A DNA stretch of 64,000 bases from sequence record MK524178.1; one strand, given 5' to 3'. This DNA is from Escherichia phage PHB12. The notes below the pieces were generated by a model. It ran no database searches and was not told the origin of the DNA. It worked only from the letters and a program-made list of their open reading frames with translations. Numbering within the stretch: the first letter of the stretch is position 1; the number at the start of each line of letters is the position of its first letter. Of the stretch, positions 20,719 through 29,389 are shown piece by piece. The translations under genes and the position numbers were made by a program.

Positions 20719-21378
20719 ATGGCAGCACCAAAAGTATCATTTTCGCCTAGTGATATTTTATTTGGGTTGCTAGACCGCATTTTCAAAGATAACGCCTCTG
20801 GAAATATTCTTATTTCAAGAGTTGCTGTTGTAGTTCTTTTGTTCCTAATGGCACTAATATGGTACAAAGGGAATATTTTTATGGATTATTACGTGAGGTC
20901 GAAATATGATACTTACACAGAAGTAATTCAAAAAGAAAGAAATACACGATTTGAATCTGCGGCTTTAGAACAACTACAAATAGTCCACGTCACATCAAGG
21001 GCGGATTTTAGTTCGGTGTATTCTTTCAGACCTAAAAATCTAAATTATTTCGTCGACCTTATTGCGTATGAAGGTAAGTTACCTAGCACAGTAACTGAAA
21101 AATCTATGGGAGGATTTCCTGTTGATAAAACGACAGCAGAATATTCGGTCCATTTAAGTGGACTTCACTTTACTTCTAAAACAGATTTTGCTTTCTTACC
21201 TACCAAATCAAAAACTCCGGAACTGGCGTATATGTATAGTTGTCCTTACTTCAATTTGGATAACATATATGCTGGAACTGTTTCTATGTATTGGTATAAG
21301 GGGTCGGATGTGTTAAATGAAGAACGCTTGGCTGCAATATGCAACCAAGCAGCAAGGATATTAGGGCGGGCTAAATAA
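20719..21378 (+). CDS. t: Holin
   Basis: Start at ATG 20719 (MAAPKVSFSPSDILFGLLDRIFKDNASG...) matches T4 holin T; single N-terminal TM segment; about 219 aa. Confidence 0.9.
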   Translation: MAAPKVSFSPSDILFGLLDRIFKDNASGNILISRVAVVVLLFLMALIWYKGNIFMDYYVRSKYDTYTEVIQKERNTRFESAALEQLQIVHVTSRADFSSVYSFRPKNLNYFVDLIAYEGKLPSTVTEKSMGGFPVDKTTAEYSVHLSGLHFTSKTDFAFLPTKSKTPELAYMYSCPYFNLDNIYAGTVSMYWYKGSDVLNEERLAAICNQAARILGRAK

Positions 21379-21651
21379 TTAGTTGTTAGAATACATCGTC
21401 AAATGGCGATAAATATTTTCAAAACCTTCATTGAATTCACTAATCAGTGTTTTCTTTTCTTCGGCAGTTAAATTTGTAATTAGTTTTCTGAACGAATTCT
21501 GATTTAGCTGCCGACCATCTTTTTTAATTCCAATCTCATTCAAGAATCCGATGAAATTTGCTCGGTCTTCAACAATATCTTCCCTCGAGAATTTAATCAA
21601 AATAGAAGCAACAGTAATAATTTCACGTACAATTTCAATATCTTTATTCAT
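21379..21651 (-). CDS. asiA: Anti-sigma70 factor AsiA
   Basis: 90 aa; MNKDIEIVREIITVASILIKFSREDIVEDRANFIGFLNEIG is near-identical to T4 AsiA. Confidence 0.95.
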   Translation of the reverse strand: MNKDIEIVREIITVASILIKFSREDIVEDRANFIGFLNEIGIKKDGRQLNQNSFRKLITNLTAEEKKTLISEFNEGFENIYRHLTMYSNN

Positions 21652-21685
21652 ACCGTTTTATTCATTCCATTTGGTTGATACGAGT

Positions 21686-21715
21686 ATAGTACCATTAACA
21701 ATGTTGATTGTAAAC
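21686..21715 (-). promoter_or_regulatory. Early (sigma70-type) promoter upstream of asiA
   Basis: Minus-strand GTTTAC (-35), 18-bp spacer, TACTAT (-10); T4 early promoter architecture. Confidence 0.6.
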
Positions 21716-21859
21716 AGCTTTTTCTACACTTTTAACGTAATCAGTGTAGTCTTCCTGTTCATACGAGTGTAAGGCTAAGAACGTGGCTAATAGTTCATTA
21801 TAGACTAAAGCCTCACGCTCACGTTCGGCCTCTACTACGTTCTGAAGATTATGACTCAT
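21695..21859 (-). CDS. Hypothetical small protein
   Basis: Internal-start version of table ORF 21695..21913; overlaps the asiA promoter region; weak. Confidence 0.3.
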   Translation of the reverse strand: MSHNLQNVVEAEREREALVYNELLATFLALHSYEQEDYTDYVKSVEKAVYNQHC

Positions 21860-22148
21860 ATTGTTCCTTATAACTATCAATGTAGTCCTGTATGTCAAAG
21901 AACGACATTTCATATTCTAGGACATTAAGAGCCCGTTCTTCAGTATAGTCAGAACCAAAGACGATAGTGATTTCACCAGGCTTCATATGATTGAAATCGA
22001 CACTAAAAGGAATACGAGAACATACTTCGTCTGCCATATCTACGATAACACTACGACACACTTCTCGGTTAACCTGATAAAGCTCTGCAAGTTCTTCGCA
22101 ACGAATAACAAGTTCAGTGGCAGGATTTTCTTTGATTTTAGTAAACAT
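21849..22148 (-). CDS. Hypothetical acidic protein (possibly Arn-like, by position only)
   Basis: 99 aa, strongly acidic; sits in the asiA-motA interval where T4 encodes arn. Confidence 0.4.
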   Translation of the reverse strand: MFTKIKENPATELVIRCEELAELYQVNREVCRSVIVDMADEVCSRIPFSVDFNHMKPGEITIVFGSDYTEERALNVLEYEMSFFDIQDYIDSYKEQYES

Positions 22149-22222
22149 AGTCTTTACCCTTATGTTTTTGTTTGCGTTTAGATTGAAGTTCTGATTTCTT
22201 CTTGTCCTTATGAACAGAAGCC

Positions 22223-22450
22223 TTATTGAAATCGTGTTTTGCTACAAGATTGTTCATAATGATTTATAACCTCACTTAAACATTTATCGGTAAAAGAAAA
22301 CTTTTTAGCCACAGAACATTCGATAATGTGTTCTTTCAAATCTTTAGAGTCAGTATAACCCATCTCAGTAATAAAGTGGCGAATTAAAGCTTTATTCTTA
22401 TCATTAACAGAATTAAAATAATCTGCTTTAGAATCAATTATTCTCATCAT
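22223..22450 (-). CDS. Hypothetical protein
   Basis: 75 aa ORF in asiA-motA accessory interval. Confidence 0.4.
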   Translation of the reverse strand: MMRIIDSKADYFNSVNDKNKALIRHFITEMGYTDSKDLKEHIIECSVAKKFSFTDKCLSEVINHYEQSCSKTRFQ

Positions 22451-22715
22451 CTAATTTCCTTAATTGATATTGCAACGAGCTAATAATTTCTTCGTTCATT
22501 TTAATATACATGTCACGCAAGAAAGGTTTTAACCCATCACGAATAATTGCTAACGTATCACCTTTACATAAATTAACCAAATAAGGATGGTCTAAAGCAT
22601 CCCAACCAGGCTGATTAGCATACATACCATAGTTTTCTTCCATCATATGATTAAGGCGTTTGATATCTTGGATACGTGATTCAATAGCATCTTTCTGGAG
22701 TTGTTTAATATTCAT
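22434..22715 (-). CDS. Hypothetical protein
   Basis: 93 aa ORF, overlap coupling with neighbours. Confidence 0.45.
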   Translation of the reverse strand: MNIKQLQKDAIESRIQDIKRLNHMMEENYGMYANQPGWDALDHPYLVNLCKGDTLAIIRDGLKPFLRDMYIKMNEEIISSLQYQLRKLDDENN

Positions 22716-23176
22716 TAATAAAGGTCCTCTGAATAAAGTTCTTTCTCACTTCCGCCACGTTCAATACGTACCTGACCAGCATACGTTGCAATAACCATTG
22801 CTTCTTCACGTGTCCAGTAATTAGAGTATTGGTCAATAAAGCCTTGGTCGTCGCCACAAACTTGTTGCGAGACTAATTGAGGACCAACTATGTCAAGTAC
22901 TTCAGCCATATCTTTAGAGTAATGACGAACTCCAGGAATAACCAGAGTTCCACCACTCTTCAATTTAAACCTATTAGCTGCACATACTATAACACGTTGA
23001 ACTTTTTGGTCATTATTCCAATAGCACGTTTGCCAACAGATTTCAGGAACTTCATTCATTATATCATCAGCAGAATAATTATAACCGTAGGACTGGAATT
23101 TTTCTGCTAGACTTTCAGGAGTCTCACGAGACAAGGCCAAATCTAATAGCTCTAAACGTTCTTTAAATGATTTCAT
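22715..23176 (-). CDS. Hypothetical protein
   Basis: 153 aa; no motif I can assign with confidence. Confidence 0.5.
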   Translation of the reverse strand: MKSFKERLELLDLALSRETPESLAEKFQSYGYNYSADDIMNEVPEICWQTCYWNNDQKVQRVIVCAANRFKLKSGGTLVIPGVRHYSKDMAEVLDIVGPQLVSQQVCGDDQGFIDQYSNYWTREEAMVIATYAGQVRIERGGSEKELYSEDLY

Positions 23177-23502
23177 TTAAACCATTCCTTAATACGTTGC
23201 CAAATAGATTTTTGTGCTTGTTTATTTACACCAATCGAACGAATAACCGGTTGTGACTGCTGATATTCTTTATAATCTTCTTTATAGATTTCGTAAGCTG
23301 CATCAACAAATGAACTGATCGCTGCCATGTAGTTTTTACGAAGGCCGAATGGTGCGTCATTATTTTCACGAATAATCATATATTGGCCTGCTTTAATCTT
23401 TACAATTGTCCCTAAATAAGCCCCGTGGTACCAAATATCCCATCCTTCCTGAGTAGGTTCTGCACATTTACGAAGTTCGTTAATAACATTCAGCTTATTC
23501 AT
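23173..23502 (-). CDS. Hypothetical protein
   Basis: 109 aa ORF directly downstream of motA. Confidence 0.45.
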   Translation of the reverse strand: MNKLNVINELRKCAEPTQEGWDIWYHGAYLGTIVKIKAGQYMIIRENNDAPFGLRKNYMAAISSFVDAAYEIYKEDYKEYQQSQPVIRSIGVNKQAQKSIWQRIKEWFK

Positions 23503-23512
23503 TATGTATTCC

Positions 23513-24145
23513 TCACAGTACGTTAGTTACAAGGGTAATGATTTCTTTGGACACATTAGGGAAGTCAATGTAAGTATATTTACCACCGATCTTAATCTTA
23601 ACATCATTTTCAAGAGAAGTAAACAGCTTTGATTCAGTTTCTGACATGTTGTATGCAAAGATTCTAAGAGAACCATTTCGACGAATTTCGATCTGACGAA
23701 TACCTAGAACTCGTTTTGCAAATCGAACTTCCAAGTTACTACGGTTTTCACCAATTTCTTTAACTTCAACTTTATCTTTAATATTTTCAAAAACAAAGTT
23801 TGCTAGTTCATGCATTTCAGGAGTAACTCCACGTGCTTTTCTGGTGTTACGTTTCTGAAGAAGTTCTGGAGCATTTTCTTGGGCAAAGAGGTCTGCAGCT
23901 TTTTGGATAATATCCATTGCTTCGCCTGTTGCTATAAGTCCATCACCAGATTTTTCGACTAAACCTTTCTTAATCAATACACCAATGTTAGAGTTAACAA
24001 CCGATGCATTGTATTCCGCTTCCAGAGCTTCCCGGACATTGGCAGCAGTGGTGAAGTTGTTCTTAATGATATAAACCATTATTGCAGCAGTTTTTTCATT
24101 CAGAGCGTTTTCGGAAGCTTTGATGATGTAAGTAACTTTAGACAT
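23513..24145 (-). CDS. motA: Middle-transcription activator MotA
   Basis: 210 aa; size and position as T4 MotA; N-terminal MSKVTYIIKASENALNEKTAAIMVYII. Confidence 0.9.
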   Translation of the reverse strand: MSKVTYIIKASENALNEKTAAIMVYIIKNNFTTAANVREALEAEYNASVVNSNIGVLIKKGLVEKSGDGLIATGEAMDIIQKAADLFAQENAPELLQKRNTRKARGVTPEMHELANFVFENIKDKVEVKEIGENRSNLEVRFAKRVLGIRQIEIRRNGSLRIFAYNMSETESKLFTSLENDVKIKIGGKYTYIDFPNVSKEIITLVTNVL

Positions 24146-24220
24146 TTTATTTCTCCAATTTGGTTGTTTTGTTTTGATAGGTCTATAATATCATGTTTGA
24201 AGCAAAAGTAAACTTTATTT
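24137..24220 (-). repeat. Direct repeat copy A (early promoter plus 5' leader plus first codons) upstream of motA
   Basis: About 84 bp nearly identical to 24458-24540, including a 64-bp perfect core. Confidence 0.85.
24185..24213 (-). promoter_or_regulatory. Early promoter for motA
   Basis: Minus-strand GTTTAC, 17-bp spacer, TATTAT; inside repeat copy A. Confidence 0.65.
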
Positions 24221-24250
24221 TGGGCTCTTTTTCAAAAGCCCTGGTAAAAT

Positions 24251-24466
24251 TTACAAACTCATTTCTTTAATAAGGCTAATAAGTTTTGCCTTTTTAGAAC
24301 GAAGCTTTTCTAAATGATGTCCATTTGAACCGCGAACCACTAAAGAATTGATTTCAACTTCTAAGAAATTTAATTCTTCAACAAGTGCTTTACGTGGAGC
24401 ATTCATACCAGGTTTAACTTTACCGAAACGAGTAGTTGTGTTTTGGGTTAATTTCATTTTAGACAT
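24251..24466 (-). CDS. Hypothetical basic protein
   Basis: 71 aa; its own copy of the motA promoter/leader repeat upstream; starts MSK like motA. Confidence 0.5.
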   Translation of the reverse strand: MSKMKLTQNTTTRFGKVKPGMNAPRKALVEELNFLEVEINSLVVRGSNGHHLEKLRSKKAKLISLIKEMSL

Positions 24467-24540
24467 TTTATTTCTCCAATTTGGTTGTTTTGTTTTGATA
24501 GGTCTATAATATCATGTTTGAAGCACATGTAAACTGTTTT
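24458..24540 (-). repeat. Direct repeat copy B (early promoter plus 5' leader)
   Basis: Near-identical to 24137-24220. Confidence 0.85.
24506..24534 (-). promoter_or_regulatory. Early promoter for ORF 24251-24466
   Basis: GTTTAC, 17 bp, TATTAT on minus strand inside repeat copy B. Confidence 0.6.
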
Positions 24541-24559
24541 GTGAGAAAAATGCACAAAA

Positions 24560-24575
24560 GGGAGCCGAAGCTCCC
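24560..24575 (-). terminator. UUCG-tetraloop hairpin terminator after gene 52 (GGGAGC-UUCG-GCUCCC then UUUUG)
   Basis: Perfect 6-bp stem, UUCG loop, U-run on minus strand, about 77 nt after gene 52 stop. Confidence 0.6.
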
Positions 24576-24651
24576 TAATCATGTTTGTCCAACCAATACA
24601 GCCAAATCACTAGTGCAGCTATTGCACCGAGAAATCCTAAGGCTAGGGCAC

Positions 24652-25977
24652 TCAAAGTGCCTCCAAGTCTTTAGTGTACTCTGTCACAACATCAGTAGAC
24701 TTCCAATACTCATTTTCTTCTTTCTTAGCTTTAGCTTCTTCTGCTAGTTTACGTGCTTCGTCGGAAGTGATATGGAAGATGTTAAGGCCTACCAGTTTAT
24801 CGACATGTTCTTTATACATTTCGATTTGTGCTAGCTCTTCAGTCAAAGCTTTACGAGTCTTGCCCTGAATCACAATTTCACCTGTAATAACTTTTTTGAT
24901 GAAGTGTGCCTTAGCAAAAGCCAGTTTAAATGCTTTTTCAGATTCAAGGATTTTGTTGTCAATACGTTTCTGAACGTAAGTCTTACGGACTTCAACAAAA
25001 TCTTTGATTAAGTCCACTACGTTATCGTAGACAGCTAATTTACCCTTTTCATTAATCACTGTGATGTTTTGTGAACGACGTTCGATGAGACTAAAATCTT
25101 TCATGATTTTTTCATGACGTAGCTCTTCATCATCAGGAAGCGAGTACTCTTTACGGAACTTCACCTTAAACCCAAAGCCGTGTTCACCACAATCATCTTC
25201 CCATGAGATTAGACCTTTGTCTTCCAGCGGGTCAAGAACCTTACTCACATACGTTTCACGGTCAAATTTATATGGGATTTCAGTTATCTGCATTTGAGTG
25301 CGAGATGTGAACTTATATGTTCCGTGAATCTCATAACGCCCATCAACTTCATGTACTTCACCACGGAATTCCGGGAATTCAACTTTTGGCTTAGTGACAT
25401 TTTTACCTTGAAGAGCTTGTAATACAGCCTTTTTGACTGATTTAAAACTATGAGGCAGAATATTTGTTGCGTAACCGGTTGCAATACCGGAGACACCATT
25501 CAAAAGAACTGTTGGAATAATAGGAAGATAGAATTTTGGTGGAATGTGTTCTTTATCTTCATGAGCTGGAGCATATTCAGTATCTTTATATACGTTATAG
25601 AAATTTTTACTTACACGAGCAAAAATATAACGAGACGCTGCAGCTTTTTGGACTGTTCGAGAACCAAAGTTGCCTTGGCCATCTAACAGTGGATAGTTGT
25701 TGTTCCATGTGTTAGCCATCAATGCACCTGCATCTTGTGCAGAAGATTCGCCATGGTGATAACCTAAATCTGCAACACCACCTGCAATTGACGCAAGTTT
25801 ATGAAATTTTTCTTTATTACCACGAGCCAAATCTAACGCACGATGAACCACAAAACGTTGAACCGGCTTAAATCCATCAATCATGTTTGGGATTGCACGG
25901 TTTTCAACGGTGTACATCGCATATGCTAAGGCTTCGTTATCAATAATACTTTTTAGATTACGAGAATTCAATTGCAT
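24652..25977 (-). CDS. 52: DNA topoisomerase II medium subunit gp52
   Basis: 441 aa; MQLNSRNLKSIIDNEALAYAMYTVENRAIPNMIDGFKPVQRFV matches T4 gp52 (GyrA-like). Confidence 0.95.
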   Translation of the reverse strand: MQLNSRNLKSIIDNEALAYAMYTVENRAIPNMIDGFKPVQRFVVHRALDLARGNKEKFHKLASIAGGVADLGYHHGESSAQDAGALMANTWNNNYPLLDGQGNFGSRTVQKAAASRYIFARVSKNFYNVYKDTEYAPAHEDKEHIPPKFYLPIIPTVLLNGVSGIATGYATNILPHSFKSVKKAVLQALQGKNVTKPKVEFPEFRGEVHEVDGRYEIHGTYKFTSRTQMQITEIPYKFDRETYVSKVLDPLEDKGLISWEDDCGEHGFGFKVKFRKEYSLPDDEELRHEKIMKDFSLIERRSQNITVINEKGKLAVYDNVVDLIKDFVEVRKTYVQKRIDNKILESEKAFKLAFAKAHFIKKVITGEIVIQGKTRKALTEELAQIEMYKEHVDKLVGLNIFHITSDEARKLAEEAKAKKEENEYWKSTDVVTEYTKDLEAL

Positions 25978-25981
25978 ATTT

Positions 25982-26122
25982 TCACCATATTAATGAACGA
26001 ATAGCCATTATAACATCTGAAATGAAAAGCACTACTTGGATTAGTCCAAACATCACACCATAGTACAGAACCGTAAGCAACAACAAGAGCCCGAAGGCTC
26101 CTGCTAAGATTTTCTTAATCAT
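25982..26122 (-). CDS. Putative small hydrophobic protein (46 aa)
   Basis: Found by manual translation (MIKKILAGAFGLLLLLTVLYYGVMFGLIQVVLF...); TAATG overlap with upstream small ORF; below ORF-table size cut-off. Confidence 0.3.
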   Translation of the reverse strand: MIKKILAGAFGLLLLLTVLYYGVMFGLIQVVLFISDVIMAIRSLIW

Positions 26123-26268
26123 TACTCGCCTTTTAATACGTTAAGAAGAGCTAAGACCGCTAATGTACCTTGTGACACCGCCTGTTGAAATACTGTTGTT
26201 TCGCCTGTAACTAAAGTATTAATGAATAAAAACGACCAACACAATAATGCAATAATCCATGTTACCAT
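26122..26268 (-). CDS. Putative small membrane protein (48 aa; T4 ac position)
   Basis: Manual translation MVTWIIALLCWSFLFINTLVTGETTVFQQAVSQG...; SD GAGGT 7 nt upstream; between ndd and 52 where T4 has ac/stp. Confidence 0.3.
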   Translation of the reverse strand: MVTWIIALLCWSFLFINTLVTGETTVFQQAVSQGTLAVLALLNVLKGE

Positions 26269-26293
26269 TTTAATTACCTCAAAAATAAATTAA

Positions 26294-26313
26294 AGGCCTA
26301 TTAAGCTAGGCCT
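26294..26313 (-). terminator. Hairpin (AGGCCUA-N6-UAGGCCU) after ndd followed by U-rich tract
   Basis: 7-bp inverted repeat directly 3' of ndd stop on minus strand. Confidence 0.45.
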
Positions 26314-26320
26314 ATATAAA

Positions 26321-26767
26321 TTAATAACTCTGCAGAATGAATTTGAAATTATCTGCCAGAAGACGGTTCATTTCAGTGAGTGTTTGATATTCTGATGTAT
26401 GGTTGCGAGTGAATGCCAGAGCCAATTGACCTTTACCATAACCGGTGGTCAGTGGTTTCATGTTCTTAGCTGCAACAAAGATTACATCATATTCGATATT
26501 GTTAGTGCCCATTGTACGGGCTAGTTGCGAACGGCCTTGACGAATGTGAGAAAGAATTGCATCCAACCCTTGTTTAGAACGTTGGCGTCCTACAAAGAAT
26601 CGTGCTGCCACTTGACGCCAATCAGACGAACCTTTAACAAAGAAGTAAAAACCTTCACGAGAACGAAACTCTTTAGAAACTTCAGAACCGTATTCGCCAT
26701 TACGAACTACTGCAACAACTTCACCGCCAACTGCCAGAAGGTCTTTACGAGTTAAATATTTGGACAT
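26321..26767 (-). CDS. ndd: Nucleoid disruption protein Ndd
   Basis: 148 aa; ...[31 protein letters not shown]...[20 protein letters not shown]...NFKFILQSY matches T4 Ndd. Confidence 0.9.
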   Translation of the reverse strand: MSKYLTRKDLLAVGGEVVAVVRNGEYGSEVSKEFRSREGFYFFVKGSSDWRQVAARFFVGRQRSKQGLDAILSHIRQGRSQLARTMGTNNIEYDVIFVAAKNMKPLTTGYGKGQLALAFTRNHTSEYQTLTEMNRLLADNFKFILQSY

Positions 26768-26843
26768 GCTAATTTCCTCAATTGATTAATGTTTTTGTAA
26801 TCCATGAGAGCATTATACTCTGCTCTCAAGAGTTTGTACAATT

Positions 26844-27044
26844 TTATTCGGTTATATCAGAACGTTCAAAAAGCTCTTCAACAGTTAAACATTCGGTGTC
26901 ATCCTCAATAAAGAATCGGGTCCAACACGTTGGGGCGATGCAGTTATGAGTTTGTCCGGCTATAGAAGCTACACGAATAAGCTGCTGGCCATTATTCAGG
27001 ACAAATTTTTCACCAATTTCAACATCTTTAAAAAGCTTAGCCAT
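26844..27044 (-). CDS. Hypothetical protein
   Basis: 66 aa ORF with early promoter-like element upstream. Confidence 0.4.
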   Translation of the reverse strand: MAKLFKDVEIGEKFVLNNGQQLIRVASIAGQTHNCIAPTCWTRFFIEDDTECLTVEELFERSDITE

Positions 27045-27291
27045 TTTGTGTTCCTCTTGTTTTGATAGGACTACTATACCATAATCCTACTGTGTTGTAA
27101 ACAATTAAATTACATTAAAATATGTTAAAGCCAACCATGTTCCAGTGAACGAACATGCGATGTAAAAACCTGTATCGCAAATTGTTCTTAGTACAATAAG
27201 TGCATTTTTCATAAGTACCTCAATACAATTGAAAATATTATACAAATCATAGGGATACTAAGCAACCATATTCCGATCCACATTTTAGAGC

Positions 27292-27591
27292 TCATATCTC
27301 AACTTCCGCGAGTTCCATATATCCTTTGTTGATAACCTCTTTAAGGTCTTTAGAAAGAATAACACCAAAATGGTCGTTCATATGCCCATTAACCAGACGA
27401 GTTATTTCGGCTTCAGATGACATATAAGGCACGTCTGAGTCCCAATGAGATAGGCCTAAATGGGTATAAATCATCCCTTCATCATCTGCGGTGTTGTACA
27501 TTGAAACAAATTCGCCTGTTACTTTATGTTTTGCGTAGAAAAATTTAAATTTCATGATGCTATCCTCTTTTAGATAGGACCACTGTATCAT
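27292..27591 (-). CDS. Hypothetical protein
   Basis: 99 aa ORF (true start may be the internal MKFKFF). Confidence 0.4.
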   Translation of the reverse strand: MIQWSYLKEDSIMKFKFFYAKHKVTGEFVSMYNTADDEGMIYTHLGLSHWDSDVPYMSSEAEITRLVNGHMNDHFGVILSKDLKEVINKGYMELAEVEI

Positions 27592-27623
27592 AGTCCTACT
27601 TAGTTGTAAACACTTTTATGAAA

Positions 27624-28100
27624 TTAAAGATGAAGATACCACCCGTTGTAGTTGCTCTTGCGGACGATTTTCTTTAGGTCTTCATGGTCTCCCACGAACT
27701 TTATAGAATAAGAGAAGACGTCAGGTGAGGTTTCTTTGACATCCAATATAATAATGCAATCTGCGACTCGATGGTTCAAGAAGGGCCCTATATTGATTCC
27801 ATTACCACCCGGATAATCACCGCTGTATCCTGTGGTAACCGAAATCCATTTAGAATCTATCTGGTGTGTCTTGACTTCTACACGAATTCCGCAATACTTG
27901 GGATGGGCTAACACGTCCCATGCATACGTGTATGGGTCTTCTACGTCTTCAATACCTTTATTAACGTATCCGTCTAGCCAATTTGCTACTACATACTCTG
28001 CAAAGACCGCAACCTTACAACGTCGAACTACATCTTCTTTGTTTTGGCCAGGATTTTGGCTCAGGGAATACCGAGCAGTGTCAGCAATCTTCACCTTCAT
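27624..28100 (-). CDS. Hypothetical protein (T4 denB position; identity not verified)
   Basis: Start set at internal ATG (MKVKIADTARY...) to avoid 128-bp overlap with upstream ORF; between rIIB and ndd where T4 has denB. Confidence 0.35.
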   Translation of the reverse strand: MKVKIADTARYSLSQNPGQNKEDVVRRCKVAVFAEYVVANWLDGYVNKGIEDVEDPYTYAWDVLAHPKYCGIRVEVKTHQIDSKWISVTTGYSGDYPGGNGINIGPFLNHRVADCIIILDVKETSPDVFSYSIKFVGDHEDLKKIVRKSNYNGWYLHL

Positions 28101-28116
28101 TTCACTAGTCAAAAAC

Positions 28117-28404
28117 TCATTCGACAGGATAAATGTCGGAAGATTCTTCAGTCTCAACAGCCCCAAGTTCGTCTTTACCATAGATACCTCTGATGTGTAG
28201 TTCACCAAAATAAATGCGGTCACCTTCTTCAAGATATTCTGCATCTACAGGCGGAATTTCAATAACAACTTCGTCGCATTCTAACCAGCCGTAGTGTGCA
28301 TCACCAGGATGTTTTACCAATTTAGCACAATAAACTGATTTACACTTATGATGACCACGAAGATTAGCAATTTTGGATTCTGATACGTCAAATGGATGAA
28401 TCAT
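28117..28404 (-). CDS. Hypothetical protein
   Basis: Start at ATG 28402-28404 (MIHPFDVSE...) preceded by SD AGGGG and the rIIB terminator hairpin. Confidence 0.4.
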   Translation of the reverse strand: MIHPFDVSESKIANLRGHHKCKSVYCAKLVKHPGDAHYGWLECDEVVIEIPPVDAEYLEEGDRIYFGELHIRGIYGKDELGAVETEESSDIYPVE

Positions 28405-28423
28405 AATTACCCCTAAAGAAAAA

Positions 28424-28439
28424 GGGGACCGAAGTCCCC
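28424..28439 (-). terminator. UUCG-tetraloop hairpin terminator after rIIB (GGGGAC-UUCG-GUCCCC then UUUUUCUUU)
   Basis: Perfect 6-bp stem with UUCG loop and U-run, immediately 3' of rIIB stop. Confidence 0.65.
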
Positions 28440-28444
28440 AATTA

Positions 28445-29380
28445 TTATTCTGCAAATAATTCAGTAACGTCTGAAATTACTTCATAACGACAAGTACGCA
28501 TCTTAGCATCACCATAGTCAACTGGGATAGATACAACATCACGTGGATGAACTTTAACCTTAACAACTTTATCTGAGCTAGAACCAAAGTAACGAATATA
28601 TGATTTAGCACAAACATGTAGACCACGGGAACAAGTTTGTGTATCATCATCGTTAACACGAGTACGAGGCATTGAAACAACTTTACCAGGCGAGTTATCA
28701 AATGTGCCACTATAACAATCTAAATAGTCTTTACGAACTACTTTCCACGCATAGAAATGCCCATCTTCAGTGATTTCAATATCGTTTGCAACCAAGAAGT
28801 CGAATAAACGTTGTACAGCTTTTTCGCTTGGGTTTTCTAACAGGTTTTCAAGGAACGGCAGATAGAATTTAAAGTCTTCGCCTTTTTCCATGGAATCAAT
28901 AATACGATTAACCAGTCCTGAACGAATTTCTATACCTTGATAAAATAAACTACCACCTTCAATAGTAACATTACCATCAACAAACTTAGTAATAGCTTTC
29001 TTGATGTTAATAAGTTCGACAGCTTTACTAAGGTTTCCTGCGACCAAATTAGCTTTAATTTCTTCAAAATTTGCATGACTCGATGGGGTCGCATTGTATG
29101 CTACGCGTCCTTCAATGATTGAAATAAATTTAGATGACGCGTTCCATACGATTTCTGGACGATGACCTGTAATAATAGGTTCATTATTTTCTGGGACCTG
29201 TTCTTCGTCTTCAAATTTAGCTGCTTTCTCTTCAGCTTTAAAATTCTTAACAATCTTACGAAGAGTATCTGTTGAAATGTCGAAGTAATTGGCAATTTCT
29301 TTACGGGTCCATTTGCCTGATTTGACCAGGTTGTAAGCTTCTAACTGTTCTTCTTGGGACAAGCATTTGATATTGTACAT
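28445..29380 (-). CDS. rIIB: rIIB protein
   Basis: 311 aa; MYNIKCLSQEEQ... and ...FLENLLENPSEKAVQRLFDFLVANDIEITEDGHFYAWKVVRKDY... match T4 rIIB. Confidence 0.95.
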   Translation of the reverse strand: MYNIKCLSQEEQLEAYNLVKSGKWTRKEIANYFDISTDTLRKIVKNFKAEEKAAKFEDEEQVPENNEPIITGHRPEIVWNASSKFISIIEGRVAYNATPSSHANFEEIKANLVAGNLSKAVELINIKKAITKFVDGNVTIEGGSLFYQGIEIRSGLVNRIIDSMEKGEDFKFYLPFLENLLENPSEKAVQRLFDFLVANDIEITEDGHFYAWKVVRKDYLDCYSGTFDNSPGKVVSMPRTRVNDDDTQTCSRGLHVCAKSYIRYFGSSSDKVVKVKVHPRDVVSIPVDYGDAKMRTCRYEVISDVTELFAE

Positions 29381-29389
29381 AATGTTTCC

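Noticed and set aside
24576-24652. Possible 40-aa minus-strand ORF starting just downstream of gene 52
   Set aside because: Would read through the gene 52 terminator hairpin and the duplicated early promoter; no SD; more likely noncoding.
26087-26100. GAGCC-UUCG-GGCUC hairpin as a terminator
   Set aside because: It falls inside the reading frame of the putative 46-aa membrane ORF (encoding AGAFGL) and lacks a downstream U-run; kept only as a member of the hairpin family, not as a terminator.
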